DNA of 64,000 nt, taken from Pseudomonadota bacterium. GTDB taxonomy: Bacteria > Pseudomonadota > Gammaproteobacteria > Burkholderiales > REEB80. The position numbers and the translations under genes are program-made. The notes below the pieces were generated by a model. The model was not told where the DNA came from. It ran no database searches and saw only the letters and a program-made list of their open reading frames with translations. Below are positions 36,256 to 46,090 of the stretch, piece after piece (positions within the stretch are counted from its first letter, which is position 1; every line of letters starts with the position of its first letter). The stretch is taken from assembly GCA_028873515.1 (NCBI GenBank), contig JAGWIG010000009.1, positions 610 to 64,609 of the forward strand, read 5' to 3'.

Positions 36256-36929
36256 TGCAAATCGAGGAACGTTTAATCCGTCATCTTGGACATCAATTTA
36301 GCGATCCAGTATTGTTTAGTCTGGCGCTGACTCATCGTTCCCTTGGCATGCCTAACAATGAACGTATGGAATTTCTTGGGGATAGCGTGCTTAACATGGT
36401 TATGGCTGAACATATTTATGTGCGCTATCCCAAGCTTTCAGAAGGAGATCTCAGTCGTCTACGTGCTCACCTTGTCTGCGCAGAAACTCTTTATAGTATT
36501 GCACAGGACCTCGATCTTGGTAATTATCTAAAATTAGGTGAGGGTGAGCTCAAAAGTGGTGGGTTCCGCCGACAGTCTATATTATCCGATACCCTTGAAG
36601 CCCTTATCGGCGCGATTTTTCTTGATGCGGGTTTTGATGCGGCACGACAGGCAATATTAAAACTTTATGCTTCACGTATCGATGCTGTAGATCCTGTCAG
36701 CTTAAGTAAAGATGCAAAAACCACTTTACAGGAATATTTGCAGAACAAGCACATCGGGTTACCTGTCTATTCCGTTATCGAGGTAAGTGGGCAGGCTCAC
36801 GATCAGCATTTTGAGGTCGAATGCTATGTGGCTGCCTTTAATTTACGTACCAAAGGAGAAGGGTCTAGCAGAAGGACCGCGGAACAAGCTGCAGCCCAAT
36901 CCGCTTATGACAGAGTGCAACAGCCTTGA
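36255..36929 (+). CDS. rnc: ribonuclease III
   Basis: ALTHRS, NERMEFLGDS, EALIGAIFLD, C-terminal dsRBD. Confidence 0.98.
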   Translation: MQIEERLIRHLGHQFSDPVLFSLALTHRSLGMPNNERMEFLGDSVLNMVMAEHIYVRYPKLSEGDLSRLRAHLVCAETLYSIAQDLDLGNYLKLGEGELKSGGFRRQSILSDTLEALIGAIFLDAGFDAARQAILKLYASRIDAVDPVSLSKDAKTTLQEYLQNKHIGLPVYSVIEVSGQAHDQHFEVECYVAAFNLRTKGEGSSRRTAEQAAAQSAYDRVQQP

Positions 36930-37825
36930 ATATAGAGAATTCAGAATGGCGAACTGGGTACATTAGTATAGTAGGTCGGCCCAATGTTGGCAAATCCACG
37001 CTGATGAACCATCTGATTGGCACAAAACTATCAATCACTTCAAGACGAGTACAAACAACCAGACATCGCATCCATGGCATCTTGACGCGGAGGATGACAC
37101 AGTTTGTATTTGTGGATACACCCGGTTTCCAACGGGTTCATCTTAATGCCTTGAACCGCAGTTTAAATCGCTCGGTAATCCAGACTTTACAGGATATTGA
37201 TCTGGTGCTTTGGGTAATAGAGGCACTCAAATACACCCATGCCGACGATGAGATATTAAAACTTCTTCCAAAGAATGTGCCTGTCCTTCTCATAATCAAC
37301 AAAATTGATAAAATATCGAATAAATCTCGTCTGTTGCCTTTTATTTATGATTTAAGCCATAAATTTGAATTTGCTGGAATTATACCAGTTAGCGCAGCTT
37401 CAGATATACAACTTGATACTGTTTTAAATGATATAGAAACATATCTACCCTTACGTGAACCAGTTTTCGAAAGCGATTGTATAACCGATCGGAGTGAACG
37501 TTTTCTGGCGGCAGAGATTATTCGCGAAAAAATTTTTCGTAGTTTAGGCGATGAGGTGCCTTATAGCACTTTTGTTGAAATCGTGTCCTTTGAAGAAATT
37601 GGTAACTTGCGCCATATCCACGCCACTATTACGGTAGAACGATCAGGACAGAAAGCAATGTTGATCGGGGAAAAGGGAACAAGGTTGAAGCAAATTGGTA
37701 CGGAAGCCCGGCTGGATATGGAAAAACTTTTTGGGGGTAAGGTACATCTGAACCTTTGGGTAAAAATTAAAGGCGGCTGGGCTGATAGTGATCGGGCACT
37801 AAAAAGCCTGGGTTTTGAATCCTAG
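36926..37825 (+). CDS. era: GTPase Era
   Basis: GRPNVGKSTL, QTTR, DTPG, NKID, KH domain. Confidence 0.98.
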   Translation: MNIENSEWRTGYISIVGRPNVGKSTLMNHLIGTKLSITSRRVQTTRHRIHGILTRRMTQFVFVDTPGFQRVHLNALNRSLNRSVIQTLQDIDLVLWVIEALKYTHADDEILKLLPKNVPVLLIINKIDKISNKSRLLPFIYDLSHKFEFAGIIPVSAASDIQLDTVLNDIETYLPLREPVFESDCITDRSERFLAAEIIREKIFRSLGDEVPYSTFVEIVSFEEIGNLRHIHATITVERSGQKAMLIGEKGTRLKQIGTEARLDMEKLFGGKVHLNLWVKIKGGWADSDRALKSLGFES

Positions 37826-37833
37826 GAGGCGTT

Positions 37834-38559
37834 TTGGAGCAGATAAGGGTTGATAATGAGCCTTCCTTTGTGCTGCACACCTATGCATATCGGGAAACAA
37901 GCTATATTGTTGAAATTTTTGGACGAAATATCGGCCGTGTTGGGATGGTCGCAAGAGGAGCCAGAAGACCTAAGTCAGATTTACGTGGCTTGTTAATGCC
38001 ATTTCAACCTCTACTTCTAAGTGCTCGTGGAAAAGGAGAATTATTAACCCTTACCCGGGCTGAGTGGATAGGCGGGCAAAAATTACTGACAGGACAAGCA
38101 TTATTTTGCGGCTTTTATCTAAATGAAATCTTGCTCAAGTTAATGATGCGGCATGATGCTCATGAAACACTATTTGATGAGTATGAATCCACCCTCAAAT
38201 CACTCGGAGAAAACAGCCAGAATCAGTCAGCAGTGCTAAGAAGATTTGAAACCCGCCTTCTCAGTGCATTGGGGTATGGACTTCTTCTAGATGCAGAAGC
38301 ATTTACAAACCATTCTATTGATCCTGCTGCTTTATATGACTATTTCATCGAACAAGGTCCGATACGTAGTTCACAAACACTTAGCACCAGCCTGCTGGTT
38401 ATCGGACAGACTTTGATTGACATGCATCATGAACAATATGAAAGTGCCCGCTCTCTTAAAGAAGCCAGACAGCTATTACGCCAAGTCATAGCACATTATC
38501 TGGATGGACAGTCTTTACGGACAGTGCAATTAATGAAGGATCTGAAAGAATGGAAATAA
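37834..38559 (+). CDS. recO: DNA repair protein RecO
   Basis: FVLH...YRETS, ARGAR, L.PFQPL, CGFYLNE. Confidence 0.96.
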   Translation: MEQIRVDNEPSFVLHTYAYRETSYIVEIFGRNIGRVGMVARGARRPKSDLRGLLMPFQPLLLSARGKGELLTLTRAEWIGGQKLLTGQALFCGFYLNEILLKLMMRHDAHETLFDEYESTLKSLGENSQNQSAVLRRFETRLLSALGYGLLLDAEAFTNHSIDPAALYDYFIEQGPIRSSQTLSTSLLVIGQTLIDMHHEQYESARSLKEARQLLRQVIAHYLDGQSLRTVQLMKDLKEWK

Positions 38560-38610
38560 GACTAAAATGGTCAATGTCTCTATTTAGCAAAATACTTTAT
38601 TGGACTTAAA

Positions 38611-39336
38611 ATGTTAAAACTCGGTGTCAACATTGATCATGTGGCAACTTTACGTGAAGTGCGCAAAACCATATACCCAAGTCCACTTGCCGCAGCGCTT
38701 ATAGCTGAACAGCATGGGGCAGATTTTATTACATTACATCTCAGAGAGGATAGGCGCCATATTCAGGACCGAGATGTTTTATTGATACGTGAATCCATTT
38801 CAACACACATGAATCTTGAGCTTGCCTTGACAGAGGAAATGATTGAGCACGCCTTGACCATATTACCCCAGGATGTTTGTTTAGTTCCTGAAAAACGTGA
38901 GGAGCGTACAACTGAAGGTGGACTTGATGTAGTACAGTGTATCAATTCTGTGAAAGCAGCCGTAAACCGTTTCTCTGGTGCTGGCGTACGAGTTTCACTT
39001 TTTATTGAGCCTGATCTAGAACAGATCCGCGCTTCTCATGAAGCTGGTGCTCATACAGTTGAAATTCACACAGGTCAGTATGCAGATGCAGTAGATGATG
39101 TTTTTCGTGAAGCAGAACTGGAACGTATACGCAAGGCAGCTCTACTTGCTAGAGATTTAGGCTTAAAGGTTAATGCTGGCCATGGCCTGAATTATCATAA
39201 TGTCTCTGACATTGCATCCTTAGGGTTTTTTTCTGAACTAAATATTGGACATGCCATTATTGCCCAAGCAGTTTTTTGTGGCCTTGGTCAGGCTGTTCAT
39301 GACATGAAGCAACTCATATTGGAAATCCATTCATGA
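38611..39336 (+). CDS. pdxJ: pyridoxine 5'-phosphate synthase
   Basis: LGVNIDHVATLR, HLREDRRHIQ, TTEGGLD, NAGHGL, ELNIGH. Confidence 0.98.
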   Translation: MLKLGVNIDHVATLREVRKTIYPSPLAAALIAEQHGADFITLHLREDRRHIQDRDVLLIRESISTHMNLELALTEEMIEHALTILPQDVCLVPEKREERTTEGGLDVVQCINSVKAAVNRFSGAGVRVSLFIEPDLEQIRASHEAGAHTVEIHTGQYADAVDDVFREAELERIRKAALLARDLGLKVNAGHGLNYHNVSDIASLGFFSELNIGHAIIAQAVFCGLGQAVHDMKQLILEIHS

Positions 39337-39713
39337 TTTATGGTATTGGCACAGACCTGGTAGCTATTTCCCGAATGGACGACCTCGTAAACCGTTATGG
39401 CCGCCGTTTTGCATCGCGGATACTCACAAGGCTTGAGCTGATTGAATACGATGAAACAAAAAGACCATCAGTTTTCCTTGCCAAACATTTTGCAGCAAAA
39501 GAAGCCTTTGCCAAGGCAATAGGTTCAGGATTACGTTCACCAGTTAACCTGAAAAGCATAGGAATCGAACATGATATACTTGGCGCGCCAAACTTTATTC
39601 TTGATGATACCCTCAACAAGCATTTGGCAAAATTAGGCATTAAGCGTTCGTTATTATCCATTACTGATGAAATAAGCCATGCGATGGCATTTGTTGTGCT
39701 TGAAAAACTATGA
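39333..39713 (+). CDS. acpS: holo-ACP synthase
   Basis: GIGTDLV, FAAKEAFAKA.G.G. Confidence 0.96.
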   Translation: MIYGIGTDLVAISRMDDLVNRYGRRFASRILTRLELIEYDETKRPSVFLAKHFAAKEAFAKAIGSGLRSPVNLKSIGIEHDILGAPNFILDDTLNKHLAKLGIKRSLLSITDEISHAMAFVVLEKL

Positions 39714-40777
39714 AATGCCCACCTGGCACGATAATGCTAGATATTGTTTCAACAAAGCTGAACCAGAAAGAACGTCAACGATTGATGCACCCATTGACCG
39801 GTGGGCTTATTTTCTTCACACGCAATTTTGATACTCCGGAGCAGCTTCGTAACTTGATTACGGAAATCAGGAGCTTAAGACCTGAATTACTGATTGCTGT
39901 TGATCATGAAGGAGGAAGAGTACAGCGTTTCAGGCAGGGTTTCACCTTAATACCTTCTATGGGGCAGATAGGGGAGCAACCTCTCCCCTATGCAAAAAAA
40001 CTCGCATTTTCTGCTGGATATGTATTGAGCTATGAATTAAGCCAGTATGATATTGATTTTAGTTTTACACCTGTTTTGGATATAGATTTTGGGCGTAGTA
40101 AGGTGATCGGAAATCGCGCCTTTTCATCAGCCCCAGAAACTGTTGGGGAACTTGCCGGTTATCTGATTGATGGTATGCACGCAAATGGCATGAAATGCTG
40201 TGCCAAACATTTTCCAGGGCATGGCTACGCGAAGGCTGATTCACATTTAACACTTCCCGTAGACCAGCGTTCCTGGCCTGAAATCGAAAATCAGGATTTG
40301 CTTCCCTATAAAATGCTTGCCCATTCTCACCTCGACTCCATTATGCCAGCTCATGTCCTTTATCCATCTGTTGATAAAATTATGCCTGCCGGTTTCTCAA
40401 ATATCTGGCTCAAGAGAATTTTACGTGGTGAAATGGGATTTGAAGGGGTGATTTTTAGCGATGATCTGGGTATGGCTGGTGCAGCCATAGCTGGAAATAT
40501 AGTTGAACGTGCTAAAACTGCAGTTCAAGCGGGTTGTGACATGATTTTAATATGCAATCAACCTGACCTGGCCGAGCAAGTGCTTGCTAGTTTTACTGTC
40601 GATGGTGATAGCCACACAGCCAGCGCTAAACGCCTTGCTGGTATGCGCAGAGCGAGACTAGAGGGTATTAAAACAAAAAATATTGCATCCCAATATGCTG
40701 AAGCCAAGCTTGAGCTATCCCGGCTTAATCAATGTGCTGATAAACCTTCTTATAATGACATTGTGGGAAATCTCTAA
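39710..40777 (+). CDS. nagZ: beta-N-acetylhexosaminidase
   Basis: AVDHEGGRVQRF, KHFPGHG...DSH, FSDDL.M. Confidence 0.97.
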   Translation: MKCPPGTIMLDIVSTKLNQKERQRLMHPLTGGLIFFTRNFDTPEQLRNLITEIRSLRPELLIAVDHEGGRVQRFRQGFTLIPSMGQIGEQPLPYAKKLAFSAGYVLSYELSQYDIDFSFTPVLDIDFGRSKVIGNRAFSSAPETVGELAGYLIDGMHANGMKCCAKHFPGHGYAKADSHLTLPVDQRSWPEIENQDLLPYKMLAHSHLDSIMPAHVLYPSVDKIMPAGFSNIWLKRILRGEMGFEGVIFSDDLGMAGAAIAGNIVERAKTAVQAGCDMILICNQPDLAEQVLASFTVDGDSHTASAKRLAGMRRARLEGIKTKNIASQYAEAKLELSRLNQCADKPSYNDIVGNL

Positions 40778-41059
40778 CTTTTAATAACTTTATGAAATTT
40801 GACTACTCCGATTTGTTTTTGTCCAAAGTGCCATTATTTTCTGGCTTTATGATTATCTGATCGACTGATTATGATAAAAGGAAGTTAACGGCTTTTGTAT
40901 TTTTAGATTTGATCTATTTGATTAAGTTAATATTATCCATTAAAACGTAGCTTGCTAAAGCCCCGGTATTTTTAATACAAATACAGCAAAAATCCTTTTG
41001 CTGTGGTTATAATCAATACCTTGATATTAGTTACCAATCAGGTTTTTTATATTCCTACC

Positions 41060-42859
41060 ATGTTTGATCATAAATCATTTCTTTTAGAACTAACCTCTTT
41101 ACCAGGGGTATATCGAATGATAAATAAACAAGGGGAGGTAATATATGTCGGCAAAGCCAAGAATCTGAAAAAACGTGTTGCCTCCTATTTCCGAAAATCT
41201 GGATTGACTGCACGTACTCAACTAATGGTTTCCAGAATAAACAATATTGAAATAACTGTGACCCGTTCTGAATCTGAAGCTCTTTTACTAGAAAATAATC
41301 TGATCAAGTCTTTTAGTCCCCGTTTTAATATATTATTTCGTGACGATAAATCCTACCCATACGTTATTTTAACTGGGCATGATTTTCCAAAACTTGGTAT
41401 TTTTCGCGGTACTCCGGAAAAACCCAATCATTGTTTTGGCCCATTTCCAAATGCCGGGGCAGTCAGAGAAAGTGTGCACCTGTTACAGAAAGTTTTTCGG
41501 TTACGAACATGCGAGGATTCTGTATTTAGTAATCGCTCTCGCCCATGTATGCTTTATCAGATAAAACGGTGCTCTGCACCTTGCACTAATTTAATTAGCA
41601 AATTTTCTTATGGCGAAGATGTAAAGCACGCAGAGTTATTTTTACATGGAAAACAAAACGAGGTTATAGATAATCTCGGTATCAAAATGTACAAAGCTGC
41701 AGTTGAACAGCATTTTGAAACAGCCGCCCAGATTAGGGATCAGATTTTTTCTTTACGCAAAATACAGGAGAAACAGTTTGTAGCTTCTGGAAATAACCGG
41801 GATATTGATGTTATTGGCTCCGTCATGCATAAAGGGCAGGCATGTGTCAACCTTGTCATGATACGCAATGGCCAACATCTCGGAGATAAAAGTTTTTTTC
41901 CTGGGCATGTAGGTGAGGCTATCGAATCATCAATTGCTGAATCCTTTATTAGCCAATATTATCTTTCCAAACCAGCCCCACCCCTTATTCTTGTTAATGA
42001 AGACTTCGATGTTACTTTACTAGAAGAAATTCTTGGCAATCACAGTGGATACCGTGTTCGTATTGTATCAAAACTCCAGGGTGAGAAACGTATCTGGATA
42101 GAAATGGCACAAAAAAATGCTGAACTTGCCATTACTCATCGCAATACACAAATTTCAACCCAGGGTGACCGACTTTTAGCCCTCCAGAAAGCCCTGGGAC
42201 TACCAGCGAAAACAAACCGGATAGAATGCTTCGATATCAGCCATATGATGGGTGAAGCAACAGTTGCCTCCTGTGTTGTTTATGATAATCTTACGCTGCA
42301 ACCATCTCAGTATCGACGGTACAATATAACTGGGATTACCCCAGGTGATGATTTCGCAGCTATGAAAGACGCGCTTACACGACGGTACCGTAAAATTGTA
42401 TCGGGTATGGAGCAGGCCCCTGATTTAATACTGGTTGACGGGGGTAGGGGACAGGTTAACACGGCTGTCAATGTCCTAAACGATACGGGTTTAAGCCATA
42501 TTGCTGTGTTAGGAGTATCAAAAGGGCCTGATAGAAAAGTAGGTCTTGAACAATTGATTTTTCCAGATCGCCAAAACCCGTTACAATTACCAAAAGATCA
42601 CCCGGGGTTGTTACTAATTCAGACAATTCGTGATGAAGCCCATCGTTTTGCCATTACGGGACATCGTGCGAAACGGGGTAAATCGCGTACACAATCTTCT
42701 CTTGAGGATATCGCGGGTGTAGGAGCAAAACGTCGTCAGAAGCTTTTATCAGCGTTTGGCGGCATCAGGGGGGTTAAAGCAGCGAGTGTTGATGATCTTA
42801 TGCACGTAAATGGCATAAGTAGAGCACTTGCTGAAACCATATACAGGGAACTGCATTAG
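41060..42859 (+). CDS. uvrC: excinuclease ABC subunit C
   Basis: PGVYRM..YVGKAKNLKKRV (GIY-YIG), IECFDISH, DGG.GQ, RDEAHRFA; start set at ATG 41060. Confidence 0.98.
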   Translation: MFDHKSFLLELTSLPGVYRMINKQGEVIYVGKAKNLKKRVASYFRKSGLTARTQLMVSRINNIEITVTRSESEALLLENNLIKSFSPRFNILFRDDKSYPYVILTGHDFPKLGIFRGTPEKPNHCFGPFPNAGAVRESVHLLQKVFRLRTCEDSVFSNRSRPCMLYQIKRCSAPCTNLISKFSYGEDVKHAELFLHGKQNEVIDNLGIKMYKAAVEQHFETAAQIRDQIFSLRKIQEKQFVASGNNRDIDVIGSVMHKGQACVNLVMIRNGQHLGDKSFFPGHVGEAIESSIAESFISQYYLSKPAPPLILVNEDFDVTLLEEILGNHSGYRVRIVSKLQGEKRIWIEMAQKNAELAITHRNTQISTQGDRLLALQKALGLPAKTNRIECFDISHMMGEATVASCVVYDNLTLQPSQYRRYNITGITPGDDFAAMKDALTRRYRKIVSGMEQAPDLILVDGGRGQVNTAVNVLNDTGLSHIAVLGVSKGPDRKVGLEQLIFPDRQNPLQLPKDHPGLLLIQTIRDEAHRFAITGHRAKRGKSRTQSSLEDIAGVGAKRRQKLLSAFGGIRGVKAASVDDLMHVNGISRALAETIYRELH

Positions 42860-42866
42860 GCCCTAC

Positions 42867-43448
42867 ATGCCTTTAAATATACCTAACCTTCTGACCTACC
42901 TACGAATTTTGTTGGTACCGGTCTTTACCGCCGTATTTTATCTTCCAGGAACATGGCTAGCCCCCCACTGGGTAAATACACTTGGATCCATTACTTTTAT
43001 TTTAGCGGCATTAACGGATTGGCTGGATGGTTATCTTGCACGAAAATTAAATCAGATGTCTGCATTTGGTGCATTTCTAGATCCTGTTGCTGACAAGCTT
43101 ATGGTTGCAGCCGCTCTGATAATTTTAGTTGAAATTAATAGGGTTGGGGCATTTATTGCCCTAATTATTATTGGCCGTGAAATCGCAATATCTGCTCTGC
43201 GAGAGTGGATGGCCCAGATTGGTAAGCGAAAAAGTGTGGCTGTAAGCTTTATAGGTAAAATTAAAACCGCATCTCAAATGGTTGCCATTTCCCTTCTTCT
43301 TTATCATGATCCTATTATTGGGGGTATTAAGGCTCAATTATTAGGGACTTTACTTATTTATGTTGCTGCCATATTGACCTTATGGTCAATGATTTATTAT
43401 TTACGCATTGCCATGCCAGAGCTAGTTAGCCGCCAATCGGCCGGATAG
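42867..43448 (+). CDS. pgsA: CDP-diacylglycerol--glycerol-3-phosphate 3-phosphatidyltransferase
   Basis: NIPNLLT..R, TDWLDGYLAR, GAFLDPVADK; start set at ATG 42867. Confidence 0.97.
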   Translation: MPLNIPNLLTYLRILLVPVFTAVFYLPGTWLAPHWVNTLGSITFILAALTDWLDGYLARKLNQMSAFGAFLDPVADKLMVAAALIILVEINRVGAFIALIIIGREIAISALREWMAQIGKRKSVAVSFIGKIKTASQMVAISLLLYHDPIIGGIKAQLLGTLLIYVAAILTLWSMIYYLRIAMPELVSRQSAG

Positions 43449-43452
43449 TCGC

Positions 43453-43480
43453 TTGACAGGCTGTTTCCGTCGGATATAAT
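43453..43480 (+). promoter_or_regulatory. sigma-70 promoter of the tRNA operon
   Basis: Perfect TTGACA (43453-58) - 16 bp - TATAAT (43475-80), followed by GC-rich discriminator GGCCGG. Confidence 0.85.
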
Positions 43481-43495
43481 GGCCGGATTGACAGC

Positions 43496-43570
43496 GCGGG
43501 AATAGCTCAGTGGTAGAGCACAACCTTGCCAAGGTTGGGGTCGCGAGTTCGAACCTCGTTTCCCGCTCCA
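43496..43570 (+). tRNA. tRNA-Gly(GCC)
   Basis: GCGGGAATAGCTCAG...anticodon GCC at 43528-30...GTTCGAAC...TCCCGCTCCA; full cloverleaf with encoded CCA. Confidence 0.98.
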
Positions 43571-43578
43571 ACTCGTTG

Positions 43579-43606
43579 GGGGAAGCTAAAAGGCTTTCCC
43601 TTTTTT
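43579..43606 (+). terminator. terminator-like hairpin between the tRNAs
   Basis: GGGGAAGC-loop-GCTTTCCC followed by T6. Confidence 0.55.
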
Positions 43607-43626
43607 CATTGGGTTCATATGTTAAT

Positions 43627-43700
43627 GGCGGGGTGGCAGAGTGGTTATGCAGCGGCCTGCAAAGCCGTGGACGCCGGTTCGATTCCGACCCCCGCCTCCA
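43627..43700 (+). tRNA. tRNA-Cys(GCA); likely ICE integration site
   Basis: GGCGGGGTGGCAGAGTGG...anticodon GCA at 43659-61...GTTCGATTCC...CCCCGCCTCCA. Confidence 0.97.
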
Positions 43701-43704
43701 TTAA

Positions 43705-43800
43705 AATCAACGACTTATAATTCAATAAATCTTGAAAATACCCTAGTAATGGAGTATAAGGGAGCCTAAAGGAGCCTATCGCCACCCAAGAAAAGGTGGC
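43705..43800 (+). promoter_or_regulatory. attL accessory sites: IHF site and putative integrase arm-type repeats
   Basis: AATCAACGACTTA (43705-17) fits IHF consensus WATCAANNNNTTR; 10-bp-period repeats GGAGTATAAG/GGAGCCTAAA/GGAGCCTATC (43751-80); GCCACC...GGTGGC inverted repeat (43781-800). Confidence 0.6.
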
Positions 43801-43847
43801 AAACTACCATGAATTCGGCTGTGTGGCCGTATACGCGAGTTTGTTGA

Positions 43848-44981
43848 ATGGCAACCAAAAGATTCCGGAATAATTCTTGGCGATATACCGTTAAAAACGG
43901 TAAGGTTTTGCCACGCCCGTTATACCTGACATTTAAGGATGAAAGTGAAGGGGATGAATATGTCGCGCGTCTCGAAAACATGCTTGAACGAGGAATTGTT
44001 CCAGATAATTTAAAGGAAAACCTAACCCGTCTGGTTTATGTTGCCGATGTTATTCGTGAATACGTTAAATTCAATACCATTTCTGATTCCGATAATCAGT
44101 TATTAGGTGTCGCAATTGAGCGTATAGGTGATGTTAAACTTTCAGCTATAACTTATTCATGGGTAGAGAATTATATTTCATCCATGAAAAAACCTCAGAT
44201 TTACAATAGGAATTCTAACAACAAAATTGCCCGCCCTCTTGCCCCGGATACAATCAGGCATCATGTTGGTGCCCTTGCAAGGTGTCTGGATTGGGTAGTC
44301 CGAAAATATCCAGCCACACTTCCATTCAACCCTATTCGACTGCTTCCTAAAAGATATGCCAGTTACAAGCCAAGTAAATCCTCCAATGATTATCGAATGG
44401 ATATCGAACGAGACCGGCGACTGACGCTTGAAGAAGAAATCCGTATACGCTGTATTCTTGCTGGTAACAAGCCAGAAAACCGTCAAAGATCTTTAGAGCT
44501 GAAAAATAAGGAAATGCTGATATTGCTTTTTGATCTTGCCCTGGAGTCAGGAATGAGGTTAAGAGAAATGTTTACACTTTCCATGAAGCAGATTGATATC
44601 ATCAAAAGAACCATATTTCTGGATAAAACAAAAAACGGGGACAAGAGACAGGTGCCTTTGTCAACCACAGCAATTGAAATGTTAAAAGGGCACGTTACAA
44701 TGCATGCCCAGCAGTTATTATTTCCATGGTGGGATGGTAAGGATCTTTCGCTCAGAAAAACGACTTCAAGATTATCGCGGCAATTTGCAAGAATTTTTAA
44801 TGCAGCAGCTTGTCAAGATTTGCATTTCCACGACTTGCGCCATGAATTCACATGCCGTTTGTATGAACGAACAACTTTGAGTGACTTGCAGATTGCCCTG
44901 ATTACCGGACATAAAGATTTACGGATGTTGAAACGCTACGCAAATTTGAGGGGAAGCGATCTGGCTGCCAGGATGTGGTAA
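43848..44981 (+). CDS. tyrosine recombinase/integrase (Rci/HP1-like catalytic domain)
   Basis: Catalytic set intact: SGMR, KTKNG, FHDLRH, TGHK, KRY. Confidence 0.95.
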   Translation: MATKRFRNNSWRYTVKNGKVLPRPLYLTFKDESEGDEYVARLENMLERGIVPDNLKENLTRLVYVADVIREYVKFNTISDSDNQLLGVAIERIGDVKLSAITYSWVENYISSMKKPQIYNRNSNNKIARPLAPDTIRHHVGALARCLDWVVRKYPATLPFNPIRLLPKRYASYKPSKSSNDYRMDIERDRRLTLEEEIRIRCILAGNKPENRQRSLELKNKEMLILLFDLALESGMRLREMFTLSMKQIDIIKRTIFLDKTKNGDKRQVPLSTTAIEMLKGHVTMHAQQLLFPWWDGKDLSLRKTTSRLSRQFARIFNAAACQDLHFHDLRHEFTCRLYERTTLSDLQIALITGHKDLRMLKRYANLRGSDLAARMW

Positions 44982-45260
44982 TCAGGTTTTGTCCAAATCA
45001 GGCTTCCAGCCCCTTGGTTTTCTATCTTTTCTCAACAGACTTTCCACTCCTGTAATCTCATCTTGATGATTACGCCTTTCTTTAGTCTGCTCACGGGATT
45101 TCATTCGTAAATAAGTTTCAAGGTCTCGTTCCATGAAAACCCAGGCTCGCCCAATCTTGGCCGCGTATAGTTCTCCAGACTGGGCTAATTCAGTTAATGT
45201 TTTTGGATGGATTTTTAATATCTCAGCCGCCTCGACAAGATCATATGTTTTCATAATCAA
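44982..45260 (-). CDS. excisionase-like HTH (HTH_17) protein
   Basis: YDL.EAAEILKIHPKTL..LA.SGEL.AAKIGRAW; convergent with and abutting the integrase. Confidence 0.85.
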   Translation of the reverse strand: MIMKTYDLVEAAEILKIHPKTLTELAQSGELYAAKIGRAWVFMERDLETYLRMKSREQTKERRNHQDEITGVESLLRKDRKPRGWKPDLDKT

Positions 45261-45266
45261 GAAAAT

Positions 45267-45752
45267 TCACTGATCACAAATCGGGCATATGGTTATGTCC
45301 CGTGGATAGAGTTGGCTGACAATAACTTTCATGGAACAACATCGACATGGAACAAGTTTAAGCTTTTTGGTCCGCATATGGATCGTCAGGTTCCATGCCC
45401 TGTCAAAGGGGATCTGCGCATTAGAGCCGTATATCAAAATATAACTTATATAAGCTCTCAACACCCTTTCCGCTTCCATGTCATCAGGATGCGTTGTACA
45501 CACCTTATCAAAAAGATTAGCAAAGGCACTTGATTGCATGACCATGGGGCCAAGAAAGAATTTTGCATCCCATGGCGATTGGCCGCTTGTGGATGAGCGA
45601 TTTGAAATAAATTTATGCATTTTCCTGGCTCGGGCAATCGATAAGCCCAAGGCTTGGGCAATGGTAGGCGATCTTGCTCCGGCATAAATCATGCGTTCTG
45701 CAATCTTGTATTTTTGGTGATTAAGCTGTTCCATCGTGTTAGTCCTTGGCAA
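45267..45752 (-). CDS. FlhC-family transcriptional activator
   Basis: A..MI.AGAR, G.SP...FF, AY..Y, RAW.L, C-terminal zinc site CRCC...CPIC. Confidence 0.88.
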   Translation of the reverse strand: MPRTNTMEQLNHQKYKIAERMIYAGARSPTIAQALGLSIARARKMHKFISNRSSTSGQSPWDAKFFLGPMVMQSSAFANLFDKVCTTHPDDMEAERVLRAYISYILIYGSNAQIPFDRAWNLTIHMRTKKLKLVPCRCCSMKVIVSQLYPRDITICPICDQ

Positions 45753-46089
45753 TGATCAAGGCACGGACAATTTCATCAATTTTCGCGTTGATATCACCAT
45801 TTTCCTGGTTTGCAACAATTTTTCTCAACAAATCCAAATCATGCAGCCTGGGTGTAAACAACATGATTCCGCGTTGGGCCAGCTTGCATTTGGTTGAATA
45901 GTCGAGGGAGCTATAAACTTCAATCAGCCCTGTCCCGTTGGCTCTGCCAATCAGTGTATTGGCATCATCCACATGCGTCATGGATAAACTGCTCAATGTT
46001 TGCAATCCAACCATGTTGAATTGCGAAACCTGCCGAGATATTGTTTCAATTTGCTGTTTTACTTCACCACTTAATAATGCAGTAACCAT
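45739..46089 (-). CDS. FlhD-like activator subunit
   Basis: 116 aa, overlaps the FlhC-like start; FN...L and KLAQRGIMLFTPRL resemble FlhD N/C motifs. Confidence 0.65.
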   Translation of the reverse strand: MVTALLSGEVKQQIETISRQVSQFNMVGLQTLSSLSMTHVDDANTLIGRANGTGLIEVYSSLDYSTKCKLAQRGIMLFTPRLHDLDLLRKIVANQENGDINAKIDEIVRALIIAKD

Positions 46090-46090
46090 T

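Noticed and set aside
40983-41004. LexA SOS box upstream of uvrC
   Set aside because: Orientation is ACAG...CTGT, not CTGT-N8-ACAG.
43510-43720. Two 64-aa ORFs in the ORF track
   Set aside because: They are read-throughs of the tRNA-Gly and tRNA-Cys genes.
45267-46089. Host flagellar flhDC operon
   Set aside because: Divergent sequences inside the ICE with no motA/motB or chemotaxis genes nearby; treated as mobile-element activators.
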